Positions 43,592-54,327 of a stretch of 64,000 nt of DNA are shown in pieces. A program made the translations under genes and the position numbers. The DNA is from Candidatus Cloacimonadales bacterium. Lineage in GTDB: Bacteria > Cloacimonadota > Cloacimonadia > Cloacimonadales > DAONDQ01. Positions within the stretch are counted from its first letter, which is position 1. Every line of letters begins with the position of its first letter. The notes beneath the pieces are model-generated. The model did no database searches, was not told the DNA's origin, and was given only the letters and a program-made list of their open reading frames with translations. The stretch is taken from assembly GCA_963662275.1 (NCBI GenBank), contig OY759316.1, positions 3,168,001-3,232,000 on the forward strand, in the 5' to 3' direction.

Positions 43592-44701
43592 TCAGTGAGC
43601 AGCCCTGCAAAGGCGCAAGCCTATGCTGTAGTCAGTGGTAGTCGCTACGTTGTTATAGCGGAAGGTATAATAACAGAAGCTTGCCCAGCCACCCCAATAG
43701 CCACCACGTCCTACACGGGTCAGCCCTGTTGTGGCTCCGTGCGGGTCTAACTGATCACCGCTGGGATAAGTACCCCTGATGTCCCAAACCCATTCATGGA
43801 CATTACCGCTCATATCGAATAGACCAAGTTCATTAGAAGCCAGATCGCCCACCGTATGCGTAGTATAATTTGCCTGTCCCCAATTCGTCCAAATCCATCC
43901 AACTTCATCGATATTGTCACTCCCGCTAAACTGGTATGCGTTGGGCTGATGTACCTGCAGTCCACCTCTCGCAGCGAACCACCATTCCATCTCAGTAGGC
44001 AGGCGATAACCGTTTGCATCCCAATTACAGGAGACATTCGTGTGGTTATTTATATCGGTATTCCAGCCCGTAGGCCAGCTTGGAGGATAAGAACCGAATG
44101 TTGAATAGGAATAACATGCTGTAAGACCTTCATTGATACTTCTTCTATTACAGTATTCAATGGCATTATACCACGAAACATTATAGACGGGATAATTGCT
44201 GCCGACTCCATAGCCGGTCGCAGGATTGATTCCCATCACAGCCTCATAACCGGACTGTGTAAGCTCATATTTATCTATATAGAAATCTGAGACGGTGACA
44301 TTAGATGTACCATTATTGAACATACCCCCGATTACATGAACCAGGCTATCATCTTCAGCGCAAACCTTAACTCTAAACTGGCTACCGATAATATTGTATG
44401 TCTCTGCTCCGATATTCCAGACGATATTCTTTCTATTCCCGGGTACGATTCCGGATCCGATATCTCCACTGAGGTTAGCACGAACCGGAATCAGAGTAAA
44501 AGAAACACCTGCATCAACCGAGACAATGACTGAGATCGTACAAGTGTCGGATTCAGCATCTGCGAGGTCATACGAAATATCTACAAGCATACTGTTGTCT
44601 GTACGCTGGATCATAGTTGCATTGATAACTGTAGGAGTTGAAGCTGCAAAGACAAATACTGTGAATAACAATAAACTGAATGAAATGATCATGTATTTCA
44701 T
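43592..44701 (-). CDS. Secreted FGE-sulfatase (SUMF1-like) domain protein
   Basis: AGGAAAGGAG RBS, ATG 44701, signal peptide; YELTQ, PVYNVSW, YRLPTEMEW, GLFDMSGNVHEW, GLRLCR. Confidence 0.88.
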   Translation of the reverse strand: MKYMIISFSLLLFTVFVFAASTPTVINATMIQRTDNSMLVDISYDLADAESDTCTISVIVSVDAGVSFTLIPVRANLSGDIGSGIVPGNRKNIVWNIGAETYNIIGSQFRVKVCAEDDSLVHVIGGMFNNGTSNVTVSDFYIDKYELTQSGYEAVMGINPATGYGVGSNYPVYNVSWYNAIEYCNRRSINEGLTACYSYSTFGSYPPSWPTGWNTDINNHTNVSCNWDANGYRLPTEMEWWFAARGGLQVHQPNAYQFSGSDNIDEVGWIWTNWGQANYTTHTVGDLASNELGLFDMSGNVHEWVWDIRGTYPSGDQLDPHGATTGLTRVGRGGYWGGWASFCYYTFRYNNVATTTDYSIGLRLCRAAH

Positions 44702-44717
44702 ATTATCTCCTTTCCTG

Positions 44718-45122
44718 CTACTTAAGTAAGACCAGTTTTTTGGTTTCATTTGCAGAAGGTGTGATCAGCTTATAAAAGTAGATACCGCTGCAGCAGTCTT
44801 TACCATCCCAGTTCAGGCTATGCACTCCTGCTGAAATTGGAAAGGATTTCACTGTCTGTCCCAGGATATTGAAGATAGTTACAGTCCCGATTTCTCCCAT
44901 CTTTATGGAAACGCTGATATTGACACTATGGCTATTATCAGTGTGGAAAGGATTAGGAAAGGCATTGTTCAGATGAGAAATTGCTATTGCAGGAATGATA
45001 TCATCATCAACAGCAACATCAGTGTTGTTTAGAATGGAGTTTTCTGTTGAAATCACAAATCCTGTCAGGGCAAAAATGCTTACTGTGAAGCAAAGCATAG
45101 CGATAAGAATGATTGTTTTCAT
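44718..45122 (-). CDS. Small secreted protein consisting almost only of a T9SS-like C-terminal sorting domain
   Basis: Signal peptide, short linker, AFPNPF, IFNILGQTVK, SGIYFYKL, KKLVLLK. Confidence 0.8.
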   Translation of the reverse strand: MKTIILIAMLCFTVSIFALTGFVISTENSILNNTDVAVDDDIIPAIAISHLNNAFPNPFHTDNSHSVNISVSIKMGEIGTVTIFNILGQTVKSFPISAGVHSLNWDGKDCCSGIYFYKLITPSANETKKLVLLK

Positions 45123-45426
45123 GTTCGCGGCTCCTGTTCATATTATTTTAATAAATTCCCGATTCATCAAGATCGATACAAATAAGCAGTTAGAGATACT
45201 CAAATTAATTGGTTCACCGCAAAGAGAGTGGTTGAGTGATTATGCTCTGATTATTTGAATATGTTCGAGACATAAATCTCTCCCTTATCTATGAACTGCC
45301 GATTTTCTTGTCAATTTCTTTTACGATTAACTCCTGTAAATTGAGAATCAGACAATTCCGTTCTGGATTGTAACAAAATGTAGCACTTAAATTGCTTCCC
45401 TATGAGTTACAATATGATTACTATAT

Positions 45427-45503
45427 CATTACGGTATTAATACGGTTTTTTACCGTAATGCTACCGTATTGCTACCGTATTGGTACCGTAATGCTCATAT
45501 GTG
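45427..45503. repeat. 11-bp array, inverted copy of 23178-23263
   Basis: cattacggtattaatacggttttttaccgtaatgctaccgtattgctaccgtattggtaccgtaatgctc. Confidence 0.85.
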
Positions 45504-45528
45504 CCACTAAGACAAAATAAAGCCTTTC

Positions 45529-45766
45529 TGAAGTCCATTTTCCCTTTTAGCTAGATTGTAATCAACACTTTGATAGAGTAATTGAATTTCCCAGAAAATG
45601 AGTTTTCGTTAACGAGGATGAAAGGTCGGTTTGAACTTCCCTGAAAACAGGTTTTCGCTACCGAGGATGAAAATGTTGCTCATGAAGTCCACATGCCCTA
45701 TTAGTCAGAGGTTTATTGAAAGTGATCTTGGGCATATGAACTCCAGAGCTTAGCTTTCATGTAAAC
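45529..45766 (+). repeat. Modular intergenic repeat family, copy 3 (B-A-A-B-C)
   Basis: Two module-A copies (gaggatgaaa) and atgccc/gggcat stem at 45693/45730. Confidence 0.85.
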
Positions 45767-45782
45767 TCAAGAAAGTGTGCAA

Positions 45783-47075
45783 CTACTTCCTCGAAATATT
45801 CACATCCTTGATCCTGATAAACGGTGCAATCGAGCCACCATCATTGATAGTTTCAGAAGAGATATCAGCGATATTATTGAACATCTCAATGAGATTTGCG
45901 CTCATCATGGTCTCACTGATAGGATATTGCAGTTTCCCGTTTTCAATATAATAGCTATTTTTAAGCACAGAGCTGAAATCGGTATTAGGATTTGGCGAAC
46001 CACCGGAATCACGAACACAGAGAACTCCCTTAGCTATATCTTTGATCATATCTTGAAGCTTAGTATTTCCTGTGCTGATTTTCCATCCCCCTGAATACCC
46101 AATAGTGCGTTGTTTTCCAACTTTATTGGCAGTAAATAAACTGATCGGATAGTGTTTCAAAACACCCTTTTCGAGAATGGGAGCATCAACGGCAAGATAG
46201 CCATCATAGGTAACAGGAGAAACATAACTAAACGCAGGATCGCTAGGTGTGGCATATAGGCTCAGTTTTTCATCAAACAGTTTCTGCTCCAGGTGATCGG
46301 GATACTTGCTTGTTTTCTTAATCAGGCTCGAATCACCAAATTGAGAATCGATCAACATTTCAACCATCGACATACTGACAAAAGGATATAAAATGACATC
46401 ACCGATGAAGTTTTCGGGGATAGGTTTGGTTACTGTCTGCTCGGTAATTTGTTTGATCAGATCATCCGTGAAATTCATGGAAAGAAGCGGTTGATCCAAG
46501 TCTTTGAAAGTGAACCCCGTATAATTGAAAGACGACATCTTTTTGCCTTCTTTAGCCGTAAACATCGTATTGAAACTGTAATATCCATTTTGTTCCTCAT
46601 AATCGACGCCATTACTATTGAGATAGAACCTGTGTTTTTTAAAATAGGACATCGTACCATCGAACTGGACAGTTGGATAACCTGTTTTCATCTGTTCAGA
46701 ATATTCAACTAAACGGTCACATAACTTATCGTAATCACCTTCCAAGGTTCCGGTTTTAAAACTTTTCGCCTCTTGAAAAGGGGCAATATCAAATGCTGGA
46801 TCCGGACTGGCAGAACTGATATCTACAAAGAGTCTGTCGATTGTTGTTTCGATGCTCGTTTTATCCAATTGGTTCAGTGTTGTATTTGCCTGCTTATGGT
46901 CTTTAATGATAGAGATGTTCATCGCAATACTATTCACTGAGCGGAGCAGGTTAAGCTCTTTATAAATGAGATTGAATTCTTCTTTATCAGATTTATTCAG
47001 AACCAGTTCGATCTTATCAGCACCTTTGTCTTTCAGCAATTGCATGGTGTTTTGGAGAATTTCGCGGTAGTTCAT
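45783..47075 (-). CDS. tldE: TldE/PmbA family protein
   Basis: YDGY..ILEKGVL, DFS, GKLQYPISETMMSANL; overlaps the tldD stop. Confidence 0.8.
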   Translation of the reverse strand: MNYREILQNTMQLLKDKGADKIELVLNKSDKEEFNLIYKELNLLRSVNSIAMNISIIKDHKQANTTLNQLDKTSIETTIDRLFVDISSASPDPAFDIAPFQEAKSFKTGTLEGDYDKLCDRLVEYSEQMKTGYPTVQFDGTMSYFKKHRFYLNSNGVDYEEQNGYYSFNTMFTAKEGKKMSSFNYTGFTFKDLDQPLLSMNFTDDLIKQITEQTVTKPIPENFIGDVILYPFVSMSMVEMLIDSQFGDSSLIKKTSKYPDHLEQKLFDEKLSLYATPSDPAFSYVSPVTYDGYLAVDAPILEKGVLKHYPISLFTANKVGKQRTIGYSGGWKISTGNTKLQDMIKDIAKGVLCVRDSGGSPNPNTDFSSVLKNSYYIENGKLQYPISETMMSANLIEMFNNIADISSETINDGGSIAPFIRIKDVNISRK

Positions 47076-48454
47076 TGTTTACCCCCAATATTGACTTTAC
47101 ATTTGATAGCAGGACCACCCATCCCAACGGGGATTGGCTGTTTCTTTCCGCACATGCCGGCACAGCTCCAATCCATTTCATCAGAAATCATAGTAACGGT
47201 CTTTAGTAAATCAAAAGCAACACCGGATATAGTTGTTTCCTTGATTGCCTTCCCCAATTTACCTTTGATAATTTCATATCCAAGAGTGATGCCAAACATA
47301 AATTCGCTGGTCGAATCAGCCTGTCCGTTGCTTGGATCGATCAGATAGTAGCCATTTTCGATGGATGCAATCATTTCCTGCAATTTGTCCTTACCAGGAA
47401 CAATCATCGTATTTCGCATACGGATTAGAGGTTCATCACTAAAAGAATAAGCACGTGCATTGCCGGTTAACTTGTGTCCCATTCGTTGAGCGCTTTCCTT
47501 ATTGTGCATGAATGCGCGCAGGTAACCATCTCTGATTACAACGCAATCCTCCGCTCTGGTACCTTCATCATCAATAAAAACGGGAACCGGGCACATCTTA
47601 TTATCCCAAGTATTTGCCACATCAATCAGCGTTACCAGGGGATTGGCTACTTGCTGGTTTAGATAATCTCCGGCAATGGAACCATTTAGGACAAGATCAG
47701 CTTCCGTCGTGTGTCCTATTGCTTCATGGGCTAGGATACCGGCAAGTTTCGAATCAAGGACACATTCAAAAGTACCTGGTTTTGCAAAAACGGCTGCTTT
47801 TTTATCCATGAGTTGCTCATAGAGCTTATCAATTTTACTAAAGAGGGTCTCCGGTTTCTCAAAATTATCTTCAAACTGCCCAAATCCATCGAAGATGGCA
47901 TAATGCTGAATTGGTTCTGCATTATGGATGATATTAAAGACCACTACAAGAATAATCCTGGGTGTCATTGATTTCATAACACTATTATCTGTAGTAACAA
48001 TATACTTTTCCATTTCGTGGGAACTCATGGCGACTGTCCTTGAACTAAGATCAGGATATTTTGACTGGATATAAGCATCAATTGCATTTAAAAATTCGAT
48101 CTTACGAGCTGTAGTCCACAACTCCTTCTTGGTATAAAAAAGATATTCACCATGAGCCGGGCTGGATGGCAGTGACACATGATTACCCTTTAATCGTTTG
48201 CTAAGATATTGGGCATTTTCAGATGCCTTGTTTATGATGGATTGCATACTTTGGGGTGTAATATCAGGAGAGCTGGCAAGTCCCCAAGCCCCCTTCTCAA
48301 AAACCCTTGCCATCAACCCACCGGTAGCAGATAAGTTATTTTGGATCAAGGTTCCGTCATTCAAAACCAGAGATTGACTCCGATTCTCCTGGATTTTAAG
48401 TTCAGCATAGCTCAAACTAACAGGTAATAATTGTTTTAAATCAAATGAATTCAT
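47072..48454 (-). CDS. tldD: TldD family metalloprotease
   Basis: GILAHEAIGHTTEAD, DDEGT, TGNARA, PLIRMRNT, CGKKQPIPVGMGGP; AGGAG RBS at 48454. Confidence 0.92.
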   Translation of the reverse strand: MNSFDLKQLLPVSLSYAELKIQENRSQSLVLNDGTLIQNNLSATGGLMARVFEKGAWGLASSPDITPQSMQSIINKASENAQYLSKRLKGNHVSLPSSPAHGEYLFYTKKELWTTARKIEFLNAIDAYIQSKYPDLSSRTVAMSSHEMEKYIVTTDNSVMKSMTPRIILVVVFNIIHNAEPIQHYAIFDGFGQFEDNFEKPETLFSKIDKLYEQLMDKKAAVFAKPGTFECVLDSKLAGILAHEAIGHTTEADLVLNGSIAGDYLNQQVANPLVTLIDVANTWDNKMCPVPVFIDDEGTRAEDCVVIRDGYLRAFMHNKESAQRMGHKLTGNARAYSFSDEPLIRMRNTMIVPGKDKLQEMIASIENGYYLIDPSNGQADSTSEFMFGITLGYEIIKGKLGKAIKETTISGVAFDLLKTVTMISDEMDWSCAGMCGKKQPIPVGMGGPAIKCKVNIGGKQ

Positions 48455-48907
48455 TATGACTCCTAAAGAAATCTTCTTAGTAAGTACTGTGAGATTCAAG
48501 TAATTCTTGTCAATGTTTTTTACACACTTAACAATGATTGTGAGAATCGGATACTCGTAATACTTTACTATTGCTCTAAGGCATACGGAGTGTGCAAATG
48601 ACTAACCAAATATACATTGACATCACATAAATAGTCCTATTATTTGACGTACTGTCAATATAAGGAAATAAAAAATGAATTATAGTGGAATGTTCCATAA
48701 TCTTGAATTGTGGAAAGAATCGATTGTGTCTCCGATTATTTGCAAGAAAATCCCTTCAGATTTATTCTTAATTCCCTATAATCTCATGACCAATATTGAT
48801 ATCAGTTGCGGATATGGAAATGAGACTGTTTGAAACGAGACGAGGGAAAATTGAAAGCAATATTAAGTGTTAGCACTGATGAATTCAATATTTGGGAATC
48901 ATAATAA

Positions 48908-49366
48908 GTGTTTCAATTAAATATAGATATTCCCAAGCTGCTCAAAAAACGTGTTTCCAAATTTTTGGTAACTGGAACTGCGGGTGCTCTCATCAATCTT
49001 GCAGCCATGTTCCTGATCGTGAGAATATTTAAGATGACATCAGCTATTCAGAGCAATATAGCAAATTTGCTCAGTATTGAGGTCAGCATCTGGTTTAGTT
49101 TTATCATGAACCGGAATTGGACTTGGTCTGAACGACCTCTGTTCAGTAATCTCAAATTAGTGAAGCAATTTATGGTATTCCATATTGCTGTTGGGGCATC
49201 TGTTTTATTTCGAGCCGGGCTGTATCCTCTTCTGCAATTAACGGGGATGTACTATTTGGTTAATTCAGCCATTGGTATTGCCTTAGGTTCAATTATCAAC
49301 TACTTTTTCTTTGATAAACTGATCTTTATTGGACATAACTCAACGATTGAAAGGGAGGAAACTTGA
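48908..49366 (+). CDS. GtrA family flippase
   Basis: Four TM segments, KFLVTG..GALIN, F.MNR.WTW, INYF. Confidence 0.85.
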   Translation: MFQLNIDIPKLLKKRVSKFLVTGTAGALINLAAMFLIVRIFKMTSAIQSNIANLLSIEVSIWFSFIMNRNWTWSERPLFSNLKLVKQFMVFHIAVGASVLFRAGLYPLLQLTGMYYLVNSAIGIALGSIINYFFFDKLIFIGHNSTIEREET

Positions 49367-50409
49367 AGACAGCATTGATAACCGGTCTAACCGGTCAGGA
49401 TGGATCATACCTTGCCGAATTACTTTTAGAAAAAGATTATAAAGTCTATGGAATGGTTAGGCGTTCTTCTTCATTTAATACTAGCCGAATAGATCATATA
49501 TTAAGCGATTCACATACACCTGAAATTAGATTGTTTCGCGAATACGGTGATCTATCTGATAGTTCCAATATTTCCAGGGTCATTGAAAGAATCAAACCAG
49601 ATGAAATTTACAATTTAGGAGCTCAGTCTCATGTTAGGGTTAGCTTTGATATTCCGGAATACACTGCCGATGTAAATGGCATTGGAGTATTAAGGGTTTT
49701 GGATGCGATCAGAGACACAAGAATTCAAACAAGGTTCTACCAAGCTTCCAGTAGTGAATTATTTGGCGATGCCCCAGCTCCACAAAATGAAAACACTAAT
49801 TTTCAACCGCGCAGCCCATATGCAATTTCCAAACTGTTTGGATATTGGACAACAGTAAACTATCGAGAAGCTTACAACATTTTTGCCTGTAATGGTATTC
49901 TATTTAATCATGAGTCCCCTCGTAGAGGAGGTACTTTTGTAACCAGAAAGATAACCAGGGGCATGGTACGCATTAAACTTGGTCAGTTAGATTGCTTATA
50001 TATGGGTAACATGAATGCACAACGGGATTGGGGTTATGCGAAAGATTTTATGGAAGGTATCTGGAGTATGCTGCAGCAAAACACTCCTGACGATTTTGTC
50101 TTAGCTACCGGAGAAACTCATACTGTCAGAGAATTCGCAGAGACGGTTGCTGGATTCTTGGATATCGATCTGGTCTGGAAGGGTTCTGGCATAGAAGAAA
50201 TAGGAATTGATAACAAAACGGGGAAAACAATTATTCGAATCGATCCATTCTTTTTTAGACCAACCGAAGTAAACTTGTTACAGGGAGATTATAGCAAAGC
50301 CAAGAGAATTCTCGGCTGGGAACCGAAAATATCATTTAAAGAGCTTGTTCGGATAATGGTTGAAGCTGATTATAATGATGTAAAAAAAGGTACGAACGCA
50401 AATGTCTAA
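49363..50409 (+). CDS. gmd: GDP-mannose 4,6-dehydratase
   Basis: [56 protein letters not shown]. Confidence 0.96.
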   Translation: MKTALITGLTGQDGSYLAELLLEKDYKVYGMVRRSSSFNTSRIDHILSDSHTPEIRLFREYGDLSDSSNISRVIERIKPDEIYNLGAQSHVRVSFDIPEYTADVNGIGVLRVLDAIRDTRIQTRFYQASSSELFGDAPAPQNENTNFQPRSPYAISKLFGYWTTVNYREAYNIFACNGILFNHESPRRGGTFVTRKITRGMVRIKLGQLDCLYMGNMNAQRDWGYAKDFMEGIWSMLQQNTPDDFVLATGETHTVREFAETVAGFLDIDLVWKGSGIEEIGIDNKTGKTIIRIDPFFFRPTEVNLLQGDYSKAKRILGWEPKISFKELVRIMVEADYNDVKKGTNANV

Positions 50410-51613
50410 AGTATTAATAACCGGAGCAAGTGGTTATTTAGGCTTTAACCTGTTAAACTTCTTATCAACTCATGGATTCGACACAGTCGGGTTGGATATT
50501 CGGAATCCTTATAATCTGGAGCAAATCCATCTGGTTGATATCACGGATCAATCAAGTTTGGATGAATTGATTCATCGTGTTTGTCCCGATATCCTCATTC
50601 ATACTGCTGGTATAAAAAATATCGAATTGTGCGAAAAAGAACCTGATTTAACGTTCAGAACTAATATAGAAGCTACGACAAATATTATTAACTCCTTAGT
50701 TAAATCCAGTCCTCAAACAAAGCTAATTTTTATTTCATCAGATTATGTTTTTGACGGTGTGCGGGGAAATTATACAGAGTCCGACACCCCCAATCCCACT
50801 ACCGTTTATGGAAAATCCAAGCTTGCAGCGGAACAGCAGATTACAGATTCATCAATAAATCACCTCATCATAAGAACATCAAATCTTTTTGGCAAGGGAG
50901 GTGGGTTTTATGGCTTTGTAAAACAAGCAATTGAACATAATGAGAAGTTAGAAGCATATTCAGATACTTACTTTACTCCTACATATATTGATTATTTTAT
51001 GCATACCATTATTCGGGCAATCAAATTAAACACTAACGGTCTTCTTCATATCAGTGGCAGTCAAAGAGTTAACAGGTATCAATTTGCCCGATTAATCGCA
51101 GCGATATATGGAAAGGAGCAACTAATTACGCACTCAATACAGCCACCCATGGGATTCTTGGCAAAAGATTCATCCTTAGATAGTGCCTTAGCGGCTAAAA
51201 CGCTAAAAAGCTATCTACCTGATATTGAAACTGCCATTTATGTAGATCATGGATTTATTACTTTCCCATACTTTTCGCATATTGACGAAAGAGGCTCAAT
51301 ACTAGGCTCTTCCAATGAACAACAATGGGAAGAAATCAATTTTATTACTTCTATGAAAGGATCGGTTCGGGGTGGACACTACCATAAATCATGCATGGAA
51401 GGCATTCTAATCACAGAGGGAATTGTTGCTATCGTGTTTCGTGATACACGCAGCAAACAAGTTTACACGTTTACGGCAAAAAAGGGTAGTTTAATCAACA
51501 TACAACCTTATGTAGAACACACATTCACGGCATTAACGGATGTCAGTTGGGTCAATATGCTTACTCGGAAATTTGATCAGGAATTTCCGGATATCTATTC
51601 TTTTGTAGAGTAG
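50402..51613 (+). CDS. RmlD-like NDP-4-keto-6-deoxysugar reductase fused to a C-terminal cupin (epimerase/isomerase-like)
   Basis: [28 protein letters not shown]-terminal DERG..RGGHYHK..H cupin. Confidence 0.85.
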   Translation: MSKVLITGASGYLGFNLLNFLSTHGFDTVGLDIRNPYNLEQIHLVDITDQSSLDELIHRVCPDILIHTAGIKNIELCEKEPDLTFRTNIEATTNIINSLVKSSPQTKLIFISSDYVFDGVRGNYTESDTPNPTTVYGKSKLAAEQQITDSSINHLIIRTSNLFGKGGGFYGFVKQAIEHNEKLEAYSDTYFTPTYIDYFMHTIIRAIKLNTNGLLHISGSQRVNRYQFARLIAAIYGKEQLITHSIQPPMGFLAKDSSLDSALAAKTLKSYLPDIETAIYVDHGFITFPYFSHIDERGSILGSSNEQQWEEINFITSMKGSVRGGHYHKSCMEGILITEGIVAIVFRDTRSKQVYTFTAKKGSLINIQPYVEHTFTALTDVSWVNMLTRKFDQEFPDIYSFVE

Positions 51614-51706
51614 AATTCCGATACTGATGATATGGTGATATAACTTGTATCGCGACTTTGGATTCAGCAAGTATGGCATTTATTTAATATGGAAACTTTG
51701 AGGTAA

Positions 51707-52426
51707 ATGATGGCGTATAATCTTAATATAATAATTCCTGTTTATAATGAAGGTGAATTAATCGTCAAAACCATTAACGAGATTGAGAAATGTGTCAAAA
51801 CTTCGCATAATATCATCATCGTCTATGACATGGATGAAGATACATCAATTTCTTCGATCAAGCAAAGCAGCATTGATACCTTAAATATCAAACTAGTTAA
51901 AAATAAGTTTGGAAGAGGAGGTTTAAATGCTTTGAAATCCGGGTTTGATGAAATTGATGCCCCAGTTTTTATAGTCCTCATGGCTGACTTGGCAGACGAT
52001 ATTACTCAGATCGATAAGATGTATTTAATTCTATCAGAAGGTTTTGACGTAGTATGCGGATCAAGATATGTTCGTGGCGGTATGCAAATTGGTGGTGGCA
52101 GATTAAAAAAAACACTGTCACGATTGGCTGGTATCTCGCTTCATTATCTTATAGGTATTCCCACTCATGATATATCCAACAGTTTCAAGATGTATCGTTC
52201 TGAGGTGTTGCGAAGTATTAAGCTTGAAAGTTCAGCCGGATTCGAAATCATGATGGAGCTAATCATAAAAGCATATCTGAAAGGGTATAAAATATCTGAG
52301 ATACCTTCTACCTGGAAAGATAGAACTAGTGGCGACTCCAGATTCGATCTGCGTAAATGGTTGAAGCATTATATCAAATGGTATATTTATGCTATAAAAG
52401 GCAAATATTTTGGAGTGCAATCCTGA
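51707..52426 (+). CDS. GT2 polyprenol-phosphate glycosyltransferase (DPM1/GtrB-like)
   Basis: IIIPVYNE, MADLAD (DxD), GSRYVRGG, DISNSFK, EIP..W.DR..G.S. Confidence 0.88.
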   Translation: MMAYNLNIIIPVYNEGELIVKTINEIEKCVKTSHNIIIVYDMDEDTSISSIKQSSIDTLNIKLVKNKFGRGGLNALKSGFDEIDAPVFIVLMADLADDITQIDKMYLILSEGFDVVCGSRYVRGGMQIGGGRLKKTLSRLAGISLHYLIGIPTHDISNSFKMYRSEVLRSIKLESSAGFEIMMELIIKAYLKGYKISEIPSTWKDRTSGDSRFDLRKWLKHYIKWYIYAIKGKYFGVQS

Positions 52427-52505
52427 AGTAGTTCACAGATAATTCTGAGGATAGCATCATAGTAACATTGGGATGTATAGCTGTTTAAAGGAAATGTGAG
52501 AAATT

Positions 52506-54212
52506 ATGTCTAATACGAGCATTATATATATATTCGTTTTTGCTGCTGTTGTATTATCAATGGCGATATTTCTCTGGAGTTTTGATAAAGGATTCGATCT
52601 GACTGATGGAGGGTATTATGTATTGAGATATCAGCAAAACCAACCAATTGAACCAAGTAATTATTTATTTGACCATGTTTTAGTTAAAGCCATAATTCCA
52701 CCTTCCATGCGCTCAATTGAATCCTTACGGTATCTGGGATTATTGTTAAACATAATAAGCACGGCACTTTTTGCTTATGCAATATCCAAATTTTACAAAA
52801 AAATTCATGGTCATAAGATTAACCTTGCCTCATTGATATTAATGATGTTAGCTGGATTTGTATTATCTTATGCTGGAACGCCAAGCGACTTATCTTACAA
52901 TTCTTTAAATCAGTTCTTTCTGATCAGTGCTGTTGCTTTTCTCATTCTTTCTTTCCTTGAAGAAGGTTTCTTATCATTAGCCTTAGTATCTTTGACAGGA
53001 GTTGTTTGTAGCTTTCAATATCTAACCAAGCCAACATCTGGATTTTTAATGAGTTTGATCGGTGGATTAGTCTTATTATTATCCGGAAAGCCCCGCTGGT
53101 ACCGGATTTTATTCTTCTGGGGATCAAGCTTAATCGCATTGCTCCTTTTAAGCATATTACTTAAGCCAAATTTCATTGTTTATTATTATAATGCATATCA
53201 TAATGTGATTGCGGGGAATAGTCATAGTTTAAGGATGCTGATTAATTCAATTATAAATGCAGTTTTGTTGAATATTGAGGTATTTGAATTATCGCTAATT
53301 ATTGCCACAGTATTTTGGTTATCGTACCTGATACGTAATCAAAAAGTACTTTCTCGGATTTGTTGGTGGGCAGGAATATCTTTGATCATGCTCATATATG
53401 GTGTGCAAGTAATGCATCATATGCGTGGTAAAATGGTATATTCAGCGTTTCTTATTATGACCATAATATTAATGTTCATGAGTTGGCTGCTTCAATATGT
53501 AAAACCCCATTACTGCAAATCATACATAGGTTTTGCATTAAAGCCATATTACCGCTATATACCACTATTTCTGTTGCTATATATTATCCCTTATATTGGC
53601 GCATTTGGTTCTGATAACTCACTTGACTGGGGAGCCAAGTTCTACAATACATCATTTATGGGCTTGATTGTTCTATTAATGCCCTTCCAAAGACAAAAAC
53701 TAATCAAAGCAGCATTGATCTGTTTTTCGTTTTATTTAATTACCATTGGTCTGTTTCAATACGTACAATTCCCCTATAGATCCAGCCCCCTTTATACTCA
53801 AACTGAAAAATATAAAGGCATAAAGTATAATCCAGAGAAATATGTGTTTCTAAAAAAAACTGAAGCTATTTTGGCTAAACACAGGTTTAATCGTAACCAA
53901 GGTATGATTGTGGCTTATCATGAGCCAGGACTTGTTTATTTAATGGGCACTTTCCATCCTGGTGGTATCCTTTGGTCGGAACCTTTTCAACGGGGGTATT
54001 TCGAGAATCTCAAAAGAAGCACGCTTACATATAAACCAGTAATATTTGCCTTTGGAAATGAGCCTGGCAAGGAGTTCCAAACCAGCTTTAAGCGAGCAAC
54101 TGGATTGGATTTTCAAAAGGACTACAGGATAATAGAAACATATAAATCTTATGATGGAATAACACCGGTATATATATATTTCCCTTACTCTTCGGAAATG
54201 CCTTTGCTTTGA
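52506..54212 (+). CDS. Polytopic membrane protein, putative GT-C glycosyltransferase
   Basis: Many TM helices; GFDLTDGGYY in first loop; position after gtrA and the GT2 gene. Confidence 0.6.
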   Translation: MSNTSIIYIFVFAAVVLSMAIFLWSFDKGFDLTDGGYYVLRYQQNQPIEPSNYLFDHVLVKAIIPPSMRSIESLRYLGLLLNIISTALFAYAISKFYKKIHGHKINLASLILMMLAGFVLSYAGTPSDLSYNSLNQFFLISAVAFLILSFLEEGFLSLALVSLTGVVCSFQYLTKPTSGFLMSLIGGLVLLLSGKPRWYRILFFWGSSLIALLLLSILLKPNFIVYYYNAYHNVIAGNSHSLRMLINSIINAVLLNIEVFELSLIIATVFWLSYLIRNQKVLSRICWWAGISLIMLIYGVQVMHHMRGKMVYSAFLIMTIILMFMSWLLQYVKPHYCKSYIGFALKPYYRYIPLFLLLYIIPYIGAFGSDNSLDWGAKFYNTSFMGLIVLLMPFQRQKLIKAALICFSFYLITIGLFQYVQFPYRSSPLYTQTEKYKGIKYNPEKYVFLKKTEAILAKHRFNRNQGMIVAYHEPGLVYLMGTFHPGGILWSEPFQRGYFENLKRSTLTYKPVIFAFGNEPGKEFQTSFKRATGLDFQKDYRIIETYKSYDGITPVYIYFPYSSEMPLL

Positions 54213-54327
54213 TTATTCCGTATCATACTCGCTTTTATCTTAAGATTGTTTGCTCACAGCGAATGACAAAAACCGGCGATTAAATCTAGTTTATGCCTAT
54301 AATGTCTGTTCTTCGTTTGCTTCAATC

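Noticed and set aside
43592..43740. DGR variable region in the FGE C-termini (also 5835-5960)
   Set aside because: No reverse transcriptase, Avd or template repeat differing at adenines was found in the window; a remote DGR cannot be excluded
48675..48833. 52-aa ORF ending IDISCGYG (methyltransferase motif I-like) next to gagactgtt, which resembles the IS end
   Set aside because: Too short to support a pseudogene or IS-scar call without a search
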